Assembly: GCA_964658305.1 (NCBI GenBank)
Contig: OZ210884.1
Span: 2,170,001-2,234,000 of the forward strand
DNA length: 64,000 nucleotides
Direction of reading: 5' to 3'
DNA from: Leptogorgia sarmentosa
Lineage: Eukaryota
Both the position numbers and the translations under genes were made by a program. The notes under the pieces were generated by a model, which ran no database searches, was not told where the DNA came from, and saw only the letters and a list, made by a program, of their open reading frames with translations. Below are positions 11,901 to 25,190 of the stretch, piece after piece (within the stretch, counting starts at the first letter, position 1; the number at the start of each line of letters is the position of its first letter).

Positions 11901-14900
11901 GCCATTGCTCGTATTTGTATCACAGGTTTACGAAATTTTCGCTGCACATTGCTCTTGGCATGGTGAATACGCATGGTAAATTTGGTGGCGACACCATTCA
12001 AAATGGAAGCCACAGAAGCAATCAAGTCCCTTCACCTGGTATGGTATATTTGATATTGCTATTGCTCCCGTTGAGATTGCTTTGAAACAACGGGCAACCC
12101 ATCATCATGCCCTTGCTCGTATTTGTATCACAGGTTTACGAAATTTTTGCTGCACATTGCTCTTGGCATGGTGAATACGCATGGTAAATTTGGTGGCGAC
12201 ACCATTCAAAATGGAAGCCACAGAAGCAATCAAGTCCCTTCACCTGGTATGGTATATTTGATATTGCTATTGCTCCCGTTGAGATTGCTTTGAAACAACG
12301 GGCAACCCATCATCATGCCCTTGCTCGTATTTGTATCACAGGTTTACGAAATTTTCGCTGCACATTGCTCTTGGCATGGTGAATTGGCATGGTAAATTTG
12401 GTGGCGACACCATTCAAAATGGAAGCCACAGAAGCAATCAAGTCCCTTCACCTGGTATGGTATATTTGCTATTGCTCCTGTTGAGATTCCTTTGAAACAA
12501 CGGGCTACCCATCATCATGCCATTGCTCGTATTTGTATCACAGGTTTACGAAATTTTCGCTGCACATTGCTCTTGGCATGGTGAATACGCATGGTAAATT
12601 TGGTGGCGACACCATTCAAAATGGAAGCCACAGAAGCAATCAAGTCCCTTCACCTGGTATGGTATATTTGCTATTGCTCCTGTTGAGATTCCTTTGAAAC
12701 AACGGGATACCCATCATCATGCCCTTGCTCGTATTTTTATCACAGGTTTACGAAATTTTCGCTGCACATTGCTCTTGAATATCGTGAATACGCATGGTAA
12801 ATTTGGTGGCGACACCATTCAAAATGGAAGCCACAGAAGCAATCAAGTCCCTTCACCTGGTATGGTATATTTGCTATTGCTATTGCTCCTGTTGAGATTC
12901 CTTTGAAACAACGGGCTACCCATCATCATGCCCTTGCTCGTATTTTTATCACAGGTTTACGAAATTTTCGCTGCACATTGCTCTTGGCATGGTGAATACG
13001 CATGGTAAATTTGGTGGCGACACCATTCAAAATGGAAGCCACAGAAGCAATCAAGTCCCTTCACCTGGTATGGTATATTTGATATTGCTCCTGTTGAGAT
13101 TCCTTTGAAACAACGGGCAACCCATCATCATGCCCTTGCTCGTATTTTTATCGCAGGTTTACGAAATTTTCGCTGCACATTGCTCTTGGCATGGTGAATA
13201 CGCATGGTAAATTTGGTGGCGACACCATTCAAAATGGAAGCCACTCAAGCAATCAAGTCCCTTCACCTGGTATAGTATATTTGCTATTGCTATTGCTCCT
13301 GTTGAGATTCCTTTGAAACAACGGGCTACCCATCATCATGCCATTGCTCGTATTTTTATCACAGGTTTACGAAATTTTCGCTGCACATTGCTCTTGGCAT
13401 GCTGAATACGCATGGTAAATTTGGTGGCGACACCATTCAAAATGGAAGCCACAGGAGCAATCAAGTCCCTTCACCTCGTATGGTATATTTGCTATTGCTA
13501 TTGCTCCTGTTGAGATTCCTTTGAAACAACGGGCTACCCATCATCATGCCATTGCTCGTATTTTTATCACAGGTTTACGAAATTTTCGCTGCACATTGCT
13601 CTTGGCATGCTGAATACGCATGGTAAATTTGGTGGCGACACCATTCAAAATGGAAGCCACAGGAGCAATCAAGTCCCTTCACCTCGTATGGTATATTTGC
13701 TATTGCTATTGCTCCTGTTGAGATTCCTTTGAAACAACGGGCTACCCATCATCATGCCCTTGCTCGTATTTTTATCACAGGTTTACGAAATTTTCGCTGC
13801 ACATTGCTCTTGGAATGGTGAATGCGCATGGTAAATTTGGTGGCGACACCATTCAAAATGGAAGCCACAGAAGCAATCAAGTCCCTTCACCTGGTATGGT
13901 ATATTTGCTATTGCTCCTGTTGAGATTCCTTTGAAACAACGGGATACCCATCATCATGCCCTTGCTCGTATTTTAATCACAGGTTTACGAAATTTTCGCT
14001 GCACATTGCTCTTGAATATCGTGAATACGCATGGTAAATTTGGTGGCGACACCATTCAAAATGGAAGCCACAGAAGCAATCAAGTCCCTTCACCTGGTAT
14101 GGTATATTTGCTATTGCTATTGCTCCTGTTGAGATTCCTTTGAAACAACGGGCTACCCATCATCATGCCCTTGCTCGTATTTTTATCACAGGTTTACGAA
14201 ATTTTCGCTGCACATTGCTCTTGGCATGGTGAATACGCATGGTAAATTTGGTGGCGACACCATTCAAAATGGAAGCCACTCAAGCAATCAAGTCCCTTCA
14301 CCTGGTATAGTATATTTGCTATTGCTATTGCTCCTGTTGAGATTCCTTTGAAACAACGGGCTACCCATCATCATGCCCTTGCTCGTATTTTTATCACAGG
14401 TTTACGAAATTTTCGCTGCGCATTGCTCTTGGCATGCTGAATAGGCATGGTAAATTTGGTGGCGACACCATTCAAAATGGAAGCCACAGAAGCAATCAAG
14501 TCCCTTCACCTGGTATGGTATATTTGCTATTGCTATTGCTCCCGTTGAGATTCCTTTGAAACAACGGGCAACCCATCATCATGCCCTTGCTCGTATTTTT
14601 ATCACAGGTTTACGAAATTTTCGCTGCACATTGCTCTTGGCATGGTGAATAAGCATGTTAAATTTGGTGGCGACACCATTCAAAATGGAAGCCACAGAAG
14701 CAATCAAGTCCCTTCACCTGGTATGGTATATTTGCTATTGCTATTGCTCCTGTTGAGATTCCTTTGAAACAACGGGCTACCCATCATCATGCCATTGCTC
14801 GTATTTTTATCACAGGTTTACGAAATTTTCGCTGCACATTGCTCTTGGCATGGTGAATACGCATGGTAAATTTGGTGGCGACACCATTCAAAATGGAAGC

Positions 14901-17900
14901 CACAGAAGCAATCAAGTCCCTTCACCTGGTATGGTATATTTGATATTGCTCCTGTTGAGATTCCTTTGAAACAACGGGCTACCCATCATCATGCCCTTGC
15001 TCGTATTTTTATCACAGGTTTACGAAATTTTCGGTGCACATTGCTCTTGGCATGGTGAATACGCATGGTAAATTGGGTGGCGACACCATTCAAAATGGAA
15101 GCCACACAAGCAATCAAGTCCCTTCACCTGGTATGGTATATTTGCTATTGCTATTGCTCCTGTTGAGATTCCTTTGAAACCACGGGCTACCCATCGTCAT
15201 GCCCTTGCTCGTATTTTTATCACAGGTTTACGAAATTTTCGCTGCACATTGCTCTTGGCATGCTGAATACGCATGGTAAATTTGGTGGCGACACCATTCA
15301 AAATGGAAGCCACAGGAGCAATCAAGTCCCTTCACCTCGTATGGTATATTTGCTATTGCTATTGCTCCTGTTGAGATTCCTTTGAAACAACGGGCTACCC
15401 ATCATCATGCCCTTGCTCGTATTTTTATCACAGGTTTACGAAATTTTCGCTGCACATTGCTCTTGGCATGGTGAATGCGCATGGTAAATTTGGTGGCGAC
15501 ACCATTTAAAATGGAAGCCACATGAGCAATCAAGTCCCTTCACCTGGTATGGTATATTTGCTATTGCTATTGCTCCTGTTGAGATTCCTTTGAAACAACG
15601 GGCTACCCATCATCATGCCATTGCTCGTATTTTTATCACAGGTTTACGAAATTTTGGCTGCACAATGCTCTTGGCATGCTGAATAGGCATGGTAAATTTG
15701 GTGGCGACACCATTCAAAATGGAAGCCACAGGAGCAATCAAGTCCCTTCACCTCGTATGGTATATTTGCTATTGCTATTGCTCCTGTTGAGATTCCTTTG
15801 AAACAACGGGCTACCCATCATCATGCTCTTGCTCGTATTTTTATCACAGGTTTACGAAATTTTCGCTGCACATTGCTCTTGGCATGGTGAATGCGCATGG
15901 TAAATTTGGTGGCGACACCATTTAAAATGGAAGCCACATGAGCAATCAAGTCCCTTCACCTGGTATGGTATATTTGCTATTGCTATTGCTCCGGTTGAGA
16001 TTCCTTTGAAACAACGGGCTACCCATCATCATGCCCTTGCTCGTATTTTTATCACAGGTTTACGAAATTTTCGCTGCGCATTGCTCTTGGCATGGTGAAT
16101 ACGCATGGTAAATTTGGTGGCGACACCATTCAAAATGGAAGCCACAGAAGCAATCAAGTCCCTTCACCTGGTATGGTATATTTGCTATTGCTATTGCTCC
16201 TGTTGAGATTCCTTTGAAACAACGGGCTACCCATCATCATGCCATTGCTCGTAATTGTATCACAGGATTACGAAATTTTCGCCGCACATTGCTCTTGGCA
16301 TGGTGAATACGCATGGTAAATTTGGTGGCGACACCATTCAAAATGGAAGCCACAGAAGCAATCAAGTCCCTTCACCTGGTATGGTATATTTGATATTGCT
16401 ATTGCTCCCGTTGAGATTGCTTTGAAACAACGGGCAACCCATCATCATGCCCTTGCTCGTATTTGTATCACAGGTTTACGAAATTTTCGCTGCACATTGC
16501 TCTTTGCATGGTGAATTGGCATGGTAAATTTGGTGGCGACACCATTCAAAATGGAAGCCACAGAAGCAATCAAGTCCCTTCACCTGGTATGGTATATTTG
16601 CTATTGCTCCTGTTGAGATTCCTTTGAAACAACGGGCTACCCATCATCATGCCCTTGCTCGTATTTTTATCACAGGTTTACGAAATTTTCGCTGCACATT
16701 GCTCTTGGCATGGTGAAAACGCATGGTAAATTTGGTGGCGACACCATTCAAAATGGAAGCCACAGAAGCAATCAAGTCCCTTCACCTGGTATGGTATATT
16801 TGCTATTGCTATTGCTCCTGTTGAGATTCCTTTGAAACAACGGGCTACCCATCATCATGCCATTGCTCGTATTTGTATCACAGGTTTACGAAATTTTCGC
16901 TGCACATTGCTCTTGGCATGGTGAATACGCATGGTAAATTTGGTGGCGACACCATTCAAAATGGAAGCCACAGAAGCAATCAAGTCCCTTCACCTGGTAT
17001 GGTATATTTGATATTGCTATTGCTCCCGTTGAGATTGCTTTGAAACAACGGGCAACCCATCATCATGCCCTTGCTCGTATTTGTATCACAGGTTTACGAA
17101 ATTTTCGCTGCACATTGCTCTTGGCATGGTGAATTGGCATGGTAAATTTGGTGGCGACACCATTCAAAATGGAAGCCACAGAAGCAATCAAGTCCCTTCA
17201 CCTGGTATGGTATATTTGCTATTGCTCCTGTTGAGATTCCTTTGAAACAACGGGCTACCCATCATCATGCCCTTGCTCGTATTTTTATCACAGGTTTACG
17301 AAATTTTCGCTGCGCATTGCTCTTGGCATGGTGAAAACGCATGGTAAATTTGGTGGCGACACCATTCAAAATGGAAGCCACACAAGCAATCAAGTCCCTT
17401 CACCTGGTATGGTATATTTGCTATTGCTATTGCTCCTGGTGAGATTCCTTTGAAACAACGGGCTACCCATCATCATGCCATTGCTCGTATTTGTATCACA
17501 GGTTTACGAAATTTTCGCTGCACATTGCTCTTGGCATGGTGAATACGCATGGTAAATTTGGTGGCGACACCATTCAAAATGGAAGCCACAGAAGCAATCA
17601 AGTCCCTTCACCTGGTATGGTATATTTGCTATTGCTCCTGTTGAGATTCCTTTGAAACAACGGGATACCCATCATCATGCCCTTGCTCGTATTTTTATCA
17701 CAGGTTTACGAAATTTTCGCTGCACATTGCTCTTGAATATCGTGAATACGCATGGTAAATTTGGTGGCGACACCATTTAAAATGGAAGCCACAGAAGCAA
17801 TCAAGTCCCTTCACCTGGTATGGTATATTTGCTATTGCTATTGCTCCTGTTGAGATTCCTTTGAAACAACGGGCTACCCATCATCATGCCATTGCTCGTA

Positions 17901-18959
17901 TTTTTATCACAGGTTTACGAAATTTTCGCTGCACATTGCTCTTGGCATGGTGAATACGCATGGTAAATTTGGTGGCGACACCATTCAAAATGGAAGCCAC
18001 AGAAGCAATCAAGTCCCTTCACCTGGTATGGTATATTTGCTATTGCTATTGCTCCTGTTGAGATTCCTTTGAAACCACGGGCTACCCATCGTCATGCCCT
18101 TGCTCGTATTTTTATCACAGGTTTACGAAATTTTCGCTGCACATTGCTCTTGGCATGCTGAATACGCATGGTAAATTTGGTGGCGACACCATTCAAAATG
18201 GAAGCCACAGGAGCAATCAAGTCCCTTCACCTCGTATGGTATATTTGCTATTGCTATTGCTCCTGTTGAGATTCCTTTGAAACAACGGGCTACCCATCAT
18301 CATGCCCTTGCTCGTATTTTTATCACAGGTTTACGAAATTTTCGCTGCACATTGCTTTTGGCATGGTGAATGCGCATGGTAAATTTGGTGGCGACACCAT
18401 TTAAAATGGAAGCCACATGAGCAATCAAGTCCCTTCACCTGGTATGGTATATTTGCTATTGCTATTGCTCCTGTTGAGATTCCTTTGAAACAACGGGCTA
18501 CCCATCATCATGCCATTGCTCGTATTTTTATCACAGGTTTACGAAATTTTCGCTGCACATTGCTCTTGGCATGCTGAATACGCATGGTAAATTTGGTGGC
18601 GACACCATTCAAAATGGAAGCCACAGGAGCAATCAAGTCCCTTCACCTCGTATGGTATATTTGCTATTGCTATTGCTCCTGTTGAGATTCCTTTGAAACA
18701 ACGGGCTACCCATCATCATGCCCTTGCTCGTATTTTTATCACAGGTTTACGAAATTTTCGCTGCACATTGCTCTTGGCATGGTGAATGTGCATGGTAAAT
18801 TTGGTGGCGACACCATTTAAAATGGAAGCCACATGAGCAATCAAGTCCCTTCACCTGGTATGGTATATTTGCTATTGCTATTGCTCCTGTTGAGATTCCT
18901 TTGAAACAACGGGCTACCCATCATCATGCCCTTGCTCGTATTTTTATCACAGGTTTACG

Positions 18960-21900
18960 AAATTTTCGCTGCGCATTGCTCTTGGCATGGTGAATACGCA
19001 TGGTAAATTTGGTGGCGACACCATTCAAAATGGAAGCCACAGAAGCAATCAAGTCCCTTCACCTGGTATGGTATATTTGCTATTGCTCCTGTTGAGATTC
19101 CTTTGAAACAACGGGCTACCCATCATCATGCCCTTGCTCGTATTTTTATCACAGGTTTACGAAATTTTCGCTGCACATTGCTCTTGGCATGGTGAATCCG
19201 CATGGTAAATTTGGTGGCGACACCATTCAAAATGGAAGCCACAGAAGCAATCAAATCCCTTCACCTGGGATGGTATATTTGCTATTGCTATTGCTCTTGT
19301 TGAGATTCCTTTGAAACAACGGGCTACCCATCATCATGCCCTTGCTCGTATTTTTATCACAGGTTAACGAAATTTTCGCTGCACATTGCTCTTGGCATGG
19401 TGAATACGCATGGTAAATTTGGTGGCGACACCATTCAAAATGGAAGCCACAGAAGCAATCAAGTCCCTTCACCTGGTATGGGATATTTGCTATTGCTATT
19501 GTTCCTGTTGAGATTCCTTTGAAACAACGGGCTACCCATCATCATGCCCTTGCTCGTATTTTTATCACAGTTTTACGAAATTTTCGCTGCACATTGCTCT
19601 TGGCGTGGTGAATACGCATGGTAAATTTGGTTGCGACACCATTCAAAATGGAAGCCACAGAAGCAATAAGTCCCTTCACCTGGTATGGTATATTTGCTAT
19701 TGCTATTGCTCCTGTTGAGATTCCTTTGAAACAACGGGCTACCCATCATCTTGCCCTTGCTCGTATTTTTATCACAGGTTTACGAAATTTTCGCTGCACA
19801 TTGCTCTTGGCATGGTGAATACGCATGGTAAATTTGGTGGCGACACCATTCAAAATTGAAGCCACAGAAGCAATCAAGTCCCTTCACCTGGTATGGTATA
19901 TTTGCTATTGCTATTGCTCCTGTTGAGATTCCTTTGAAACAACGGGCTACCCATCATCATGCTCTTGCTCGTATTTTTATCACAGGTTTACGAAATTTTC
20001 GCTGCACATTGCTCTTGGCATGGTGAATCCGCATGGTAAATTTGGTGGCGACACTATTCAAAATGGAAGCCACAGAAGCAATCAAAGCCCTTCACCTGGG
20101 ATGGTATATTTGCTATTGCTATTGCTCTTGTTGAGATTCCTTTGAAACAACGGGCTACCCATCATCATGCCCTTGCTCGTATTTTTATCACAGGTTAACG
20201 AAATTTTCGCTGCACATTGCTCTTGGCATGGTGAATACGCATGGTAAATTTGGTGGCGACACCATTCAAAATGGAAGCCACAGAAGCAATCAAGTCCCTT
20301 CACCTGGTATGGGATATTTGCTATTGCTATTGTTCCTGTTGAGATTCCTTTGAAACAACGGGCTACCCATCATCATGCCCTTGCTCGTATTTTTATCACA
20401 GTTTTACGAAATTTTCGCTGCACATTGCTCTTGGCGTGGTGAATACGCATGGTAAATTTGGTTGCGACACCATTCAAAATGGAAGCCACATAAGCAATCA
20501 AGTCCCTTCACCTGGTATGGTATATTTGCTATTGCTATTGCTCCTGTTGAGATTCCTTTGAAACAACGGGCTACCCATCATCTTGCCCTTGCTCGTATTT
20601 TTATCACAGGTTTACGAAATTTTCGCTGCACATTGCTCTTGGCATGGTGAATACGCATGGTAAATTTGGTGGCGACACCATTCAAAATTGAAGCCACAGA
20701 AGCAATCAAGTCCCTTCACCTGGTATGGTATATTTGCTATTGCTATTGCTCCTGTTGAGATTCCTTTGAAACAACGGGCTACCCATCATCATGCTCTTGC
20801 TCGTATTTTTATCACAGGTTTACGAAATTTTCGCTGCACATTGCTCTTGGCATGGTGAATCCGCATGGTAAATTTGGTGGCGACACTATTCAAAATGGAA
20901 GCCACAGAAGCAATCAAAGCCCTTCACCTGGGATGGTATATTTGCTATTGCTATTGCTCTTGTTGAGATTCCTTTGAAACAACGGGCTACCCATCATCAT
21001 GCCCTTGCTCGTATTTTTATCACAGGTTAACGAAATTTTCGCTGCACATTGCTCTTGGCATGGTGAATACGCATGGTAAATTTGGTGGCGACACCATTCA
21101 AAATGGAAGCCACAGAAGCAATCAAGTCCCTTCACCTGGTATGGGATATTTGCTATTGCTATTGTTCCTGTTGAGATTCCTTTGAAACAACGGGCTACCC
21201 ATCATCATGCCCTTGCTCGTATTTTTATCACAGTTTTACGAAATTTTCGCTGCACATTGCTCTTGGCGTGGTGAATACGCATGGTAAATTTGGTTGCGAC
21301 ACCATTCAAAATGGAAGCCACATAAGCAATCAAGTCCCTTCACCTGGTATGGTATATTTGCTATTGCTATTGCTCCTGTTGAGATTCCTTTGAAACAACG
21401 GGCTACCCATCATCATGCCCTTGCTCGTATTTTTTTCACAGGTTTACGAAATTTTCGCTGCATATTGCTTTTGGCATGGTGAATAGGCATGGTAAATTTG
21501 GTGGCGACACCATTCAAAATGGAAGCCACAGAAGCAATCAAGTCCCTTCACCTTGTATGGTATATTTGCTATTGCTATTGCTCCTGTTGAGATTCCTTTG
21601 AAACAACGGGCTACCCATCATCATGCCCTTGCTCGTATTTTTATCACAGGTTTACGAAATTTTCGCTGCACATTGCTCTTGGCATGGTAAATACGCATGG
21701 TAAATTTGGTGGTTACACCATTCAAAATGGAAACCACAGAAGCAATCAAGTCCCTTCACCTGGTATAGTATATTTGCTATTGCTATTGCTCCTGTTGAGA
21801 TTCCTTTGAAACAACGGGCTACCCATCATCATGCCCTTGCTCGTATTTTTATCACAGGTTTGCGAAATTTTCGCTGCGCATTGCTCTTGGCATGGTGAAT

Positions 21901-24900
21901 ACGCATGGAAAATTTAGTGGCGACACCATTCAAAATGGAAGCCACAGAAGCAATCAAGTCCCTTCACCTGGTATGGTATATTTGCTATTGCTATTGCTCC
22001 TGTTGAGATTCCTTTGAAACAACGGGCTACCCATCATCATGCTCTTGCTCGTATTTTTATCACAGGTTTACGCAATTTTCGCTGCACATTGCTCTTGGCA
22101 AGGTGAATACGCATGGTAAATTTGGTGGCGACACCATTCAAAATGGAACCCACAGAAGCAATCAAGTCCCTTCACCTGGTATGGTATATTTGCTATTGCT
22201 ATTGCACCTGTTGAGATTCCTTTGAAATAACGGGCTACCCATCATCATGCCCTTGCTCGTATTTTTATCACAGGTTTACGAAATTTTCGCTGCACATTGC
22301 TCTTGGCATGGTGAATACGCATGGTAAATTTGGTGGCGAGACCATTCAAAATTGAAGCCACAGAAGCAATCAAGTCCCTTCACCTGGTATGGTATATTTG
22401 CTATTGCTATTGCTCCTGTTGAGATTCCTTTGAAACAACGGGCTACCCATCATCATGCCCTCGCTCGTATTTTTATCACAGTTTTACGAAATTTTCGCTG
22501 CGCATTGCTCTTGGTATGGTGAATACGCATGGTAAATTTGGTGGCGACACCATTCAAAATGGAAGCCACAGAAGCAATCAAGTCCCTTCACCTGGTATGG
22601 TATATTTGCTATTGCTCCTGTTGAGATTCCTTTGAAACAACGGGCTACCCATCATCATGCCCTTGCTCGTATTTTTATCACAGGTTTACGAAATTTTCGC
22701 TGCACATTGCTCTTGGCATGGTGAATCCGCATGGTAAATTTGGTGGCGACACCATTCAAAATGGAAGCCACAGAAGCAATCAAATCCCTTCACCTGGGAT
22801 GGTATATTTGCTATTGCTATTGCTCTTGTTGAGATTCCTTTGAAACAACGGGCTACCCATCATCATGCCCTTGCTCGTATTTTTATCACAGGTTAACGAA
22901 ATTTTCGCTGCACATTGCTCTTGGCATGGTGAATACGCATGGTAAATTTGGTGGCGACACCATTCAAAATGGAAGCCACAGAAGCAATCAAGTCCCTTCA
23001 CCTGGTATGGGATATTTGCTATTGCTCTTGTTCCTGTTGAGATTCCTTTGAAACAACGGGCTACCCATCATCATGCCCTTGCTCGTATTTTTATCACAGT
23101 TTTACGAAATTTTCGCTGCACATTGCTCTTGGCGTGGTGAATACGCATGGTAAATTTGGTTGCGACACCATTCAAAATGGAAGCCACAGAAGCAATAAGT
23201 CCCTTCACCTGGTATGGTATATTTGCTATTGCTATTGCTCCTGTTGAGATTCCTTTGAAACAACGGGCTACCCATCATCTTGCCCTTGCTCGTATTTTTA
23301 TCACAGGTTTACGAAATTTTCGCTGCACATTGCTCTTGGCATGGTGAATACGCATGGTAAATTTGGTGGCGACACCATTCAAAATTGAAGCCACAGAAGC
23401 AATCAAGTCCCTTCACCTGGTATGGTATATTTGCTATTGCTATTGCTCCTGTTGAGATTCCTTTGAAACAACGGGCTACCCATCATCATGCTCTTGCTCG
23501 TATTTTTATCACAGGTTTACGAAATTTTCGCTGCACATTGCTCTTGGCATGGTGAATCCGCATGGTAAATTTGGTGGCGACACTATTCAAAATGGAAGCC
23601 ACAGAAGCAATCAAAGCCCTTCACCTGGGATGGTATATTTGCTATTGCTATTGCTCTTGTTGAGATTCCTTTGAAACAACGGGCTACCCATCATCATGCC
23701 CTTGCTCGTATTTTTATCACAGGTTAACGAAATTTTCGCTGCACATTGCTCTTGGCATGGTGAATACGCATGGTAAATTTGGTGGCGACACCATTCAAAA
23801 TGGAAGCCACAGAAGCAATCAAGTCCCTTCACCTGGTATGGGATATTTGCTATTGCTATTGTTCCTGTTGAGATTCCTTTGAAACAACGGGCTACCCATC
23901 ATCATGCCCTTGCTCGTATTTTTATCACAGTTTTACGAAATTTTCGCTGCACATTGCTCTTGGCGTGGTGAATACGCATGGTAAATTTGGTTGCGACACC
24001 ATTCAAAATGGAAGCCACATAAGCAATCAAGTCCCTTCACCTGGTATGGTATATTTGCTATTGCTATTGCTCCTGTTGAGATTCCTTTGAAACAACGGGC
24101 TACCCATCATCATGCCCTTGCTCGTATTTTTTTCACAGGTTTACGAAATTTTCGCTGCATATTGCTTTTGGCATGGTGAATAGGCATGGTTAATTTGGTG
24201 GCGACACCATTCAAAATGGAAGCCACAGAAGCAATCAAGTCCCTTCACCTTGTATGGTATATTTGCTATTGCTATTGCTCCTGTTGAGATTCCTTTGAAA
24301 CAACGGGCTACCCATCATCATGCCCTTGCTCGTATTTTTATCACAGGTTTACGAAATTTTCGCTGCACATTGCTCTTGGCATGGTAAATACGCATGGTAA
24401 ATTTGGTGGTTACACCATTCAAAATGGAAACCACAGAAGCAATCAAGTCCCTTCACCTGGTATAGTATATTTGCTATTGCTATTGCTCCTGTTGAGATTC
24501 CTTTGAAACAACGGGCTACCCATCATCATGCCCTTGCTCGTATTTTTATCACAGGTTTGCGAAATTTTCGCTGCGCATTGCTCTTGGCATGGTGAATACG
24601 CATGGAAAATTTAGTGGCGACACCATTCAAAATGGAAGCCACAGAAGCAATCAAGTCCCTTCACCTGGTATGGTATATTTGCTATTGCTATTGCTCCTGT
24701 TGAGATTCCTTTGAAACAACGGGCTACCCATCATCATGCTCTTGCTCGTATTTTTATCACAGGTTTACGCAATTTTCGCTGCACATTGCTCTTGGCAAGG
24801 TGAATACGCATGGTAAATTTGGTGGCGACACCATTCAAAATGGAACCCACAGAAGCAATCAAGTCCCTTCACCTGGTATGGTATATTTGCTATTGCTATT

Positions 24901-25190
24901 GCACCTGTTGAGATTCCTTTGAAACAACGGGCTACCCATCATCATGCCCTTGCTCGTATTTTTATCACAGGTTTACGAAATTTTCGCTGCACATTGCTCT
25001 TGGCATGGTGAATACGCATGGTAAATTTGGTGGCGAGACCATTCAAAATTGAAGCCACAGAAGCAATCAAGTCCCTTCACCTGGTATGGTATATTTGCTA
25101 TTGCTATTGCTCCTGTTGAGATTCCTTTGAAACAACGGGCTACCCATCATCATGCCCTCGCTCGTATTTTTATCACAGTTTTACGAAATT
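18960..25190. repeat. Nested HOR: 17-mer containing three 4-mers followed by a 13-mer copy containing two 4-mers
   Basis: 4-mer markers (GAATCCGC, CCTGGGAT, GGTTAACG, GGTTGCGAC) give ORFs at 19251, 20082, 20914, then 22780, 23611. Offsets are 3529 (19251/22780, 19618/23147) and 2697 (20914/23611, 21294/23991). Confidence 0.85.

Larger units (their letters stand above)
1..19050. repeat. Variant domain A of the satellite (frequent 202-bp monomers and a shared set of diagnostic variants)
   Basis: Recurrent TTTGATATTG, CCCGTTGAGATTGCTTT, TTTGTATC, GAATTGGCAT, GGGATACC with CTTGAATATCGTG, GCTGAAT, CCTCGTATG and CACATGAG; these essentially disappear after ~19 kb. Confidence 0.85.
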
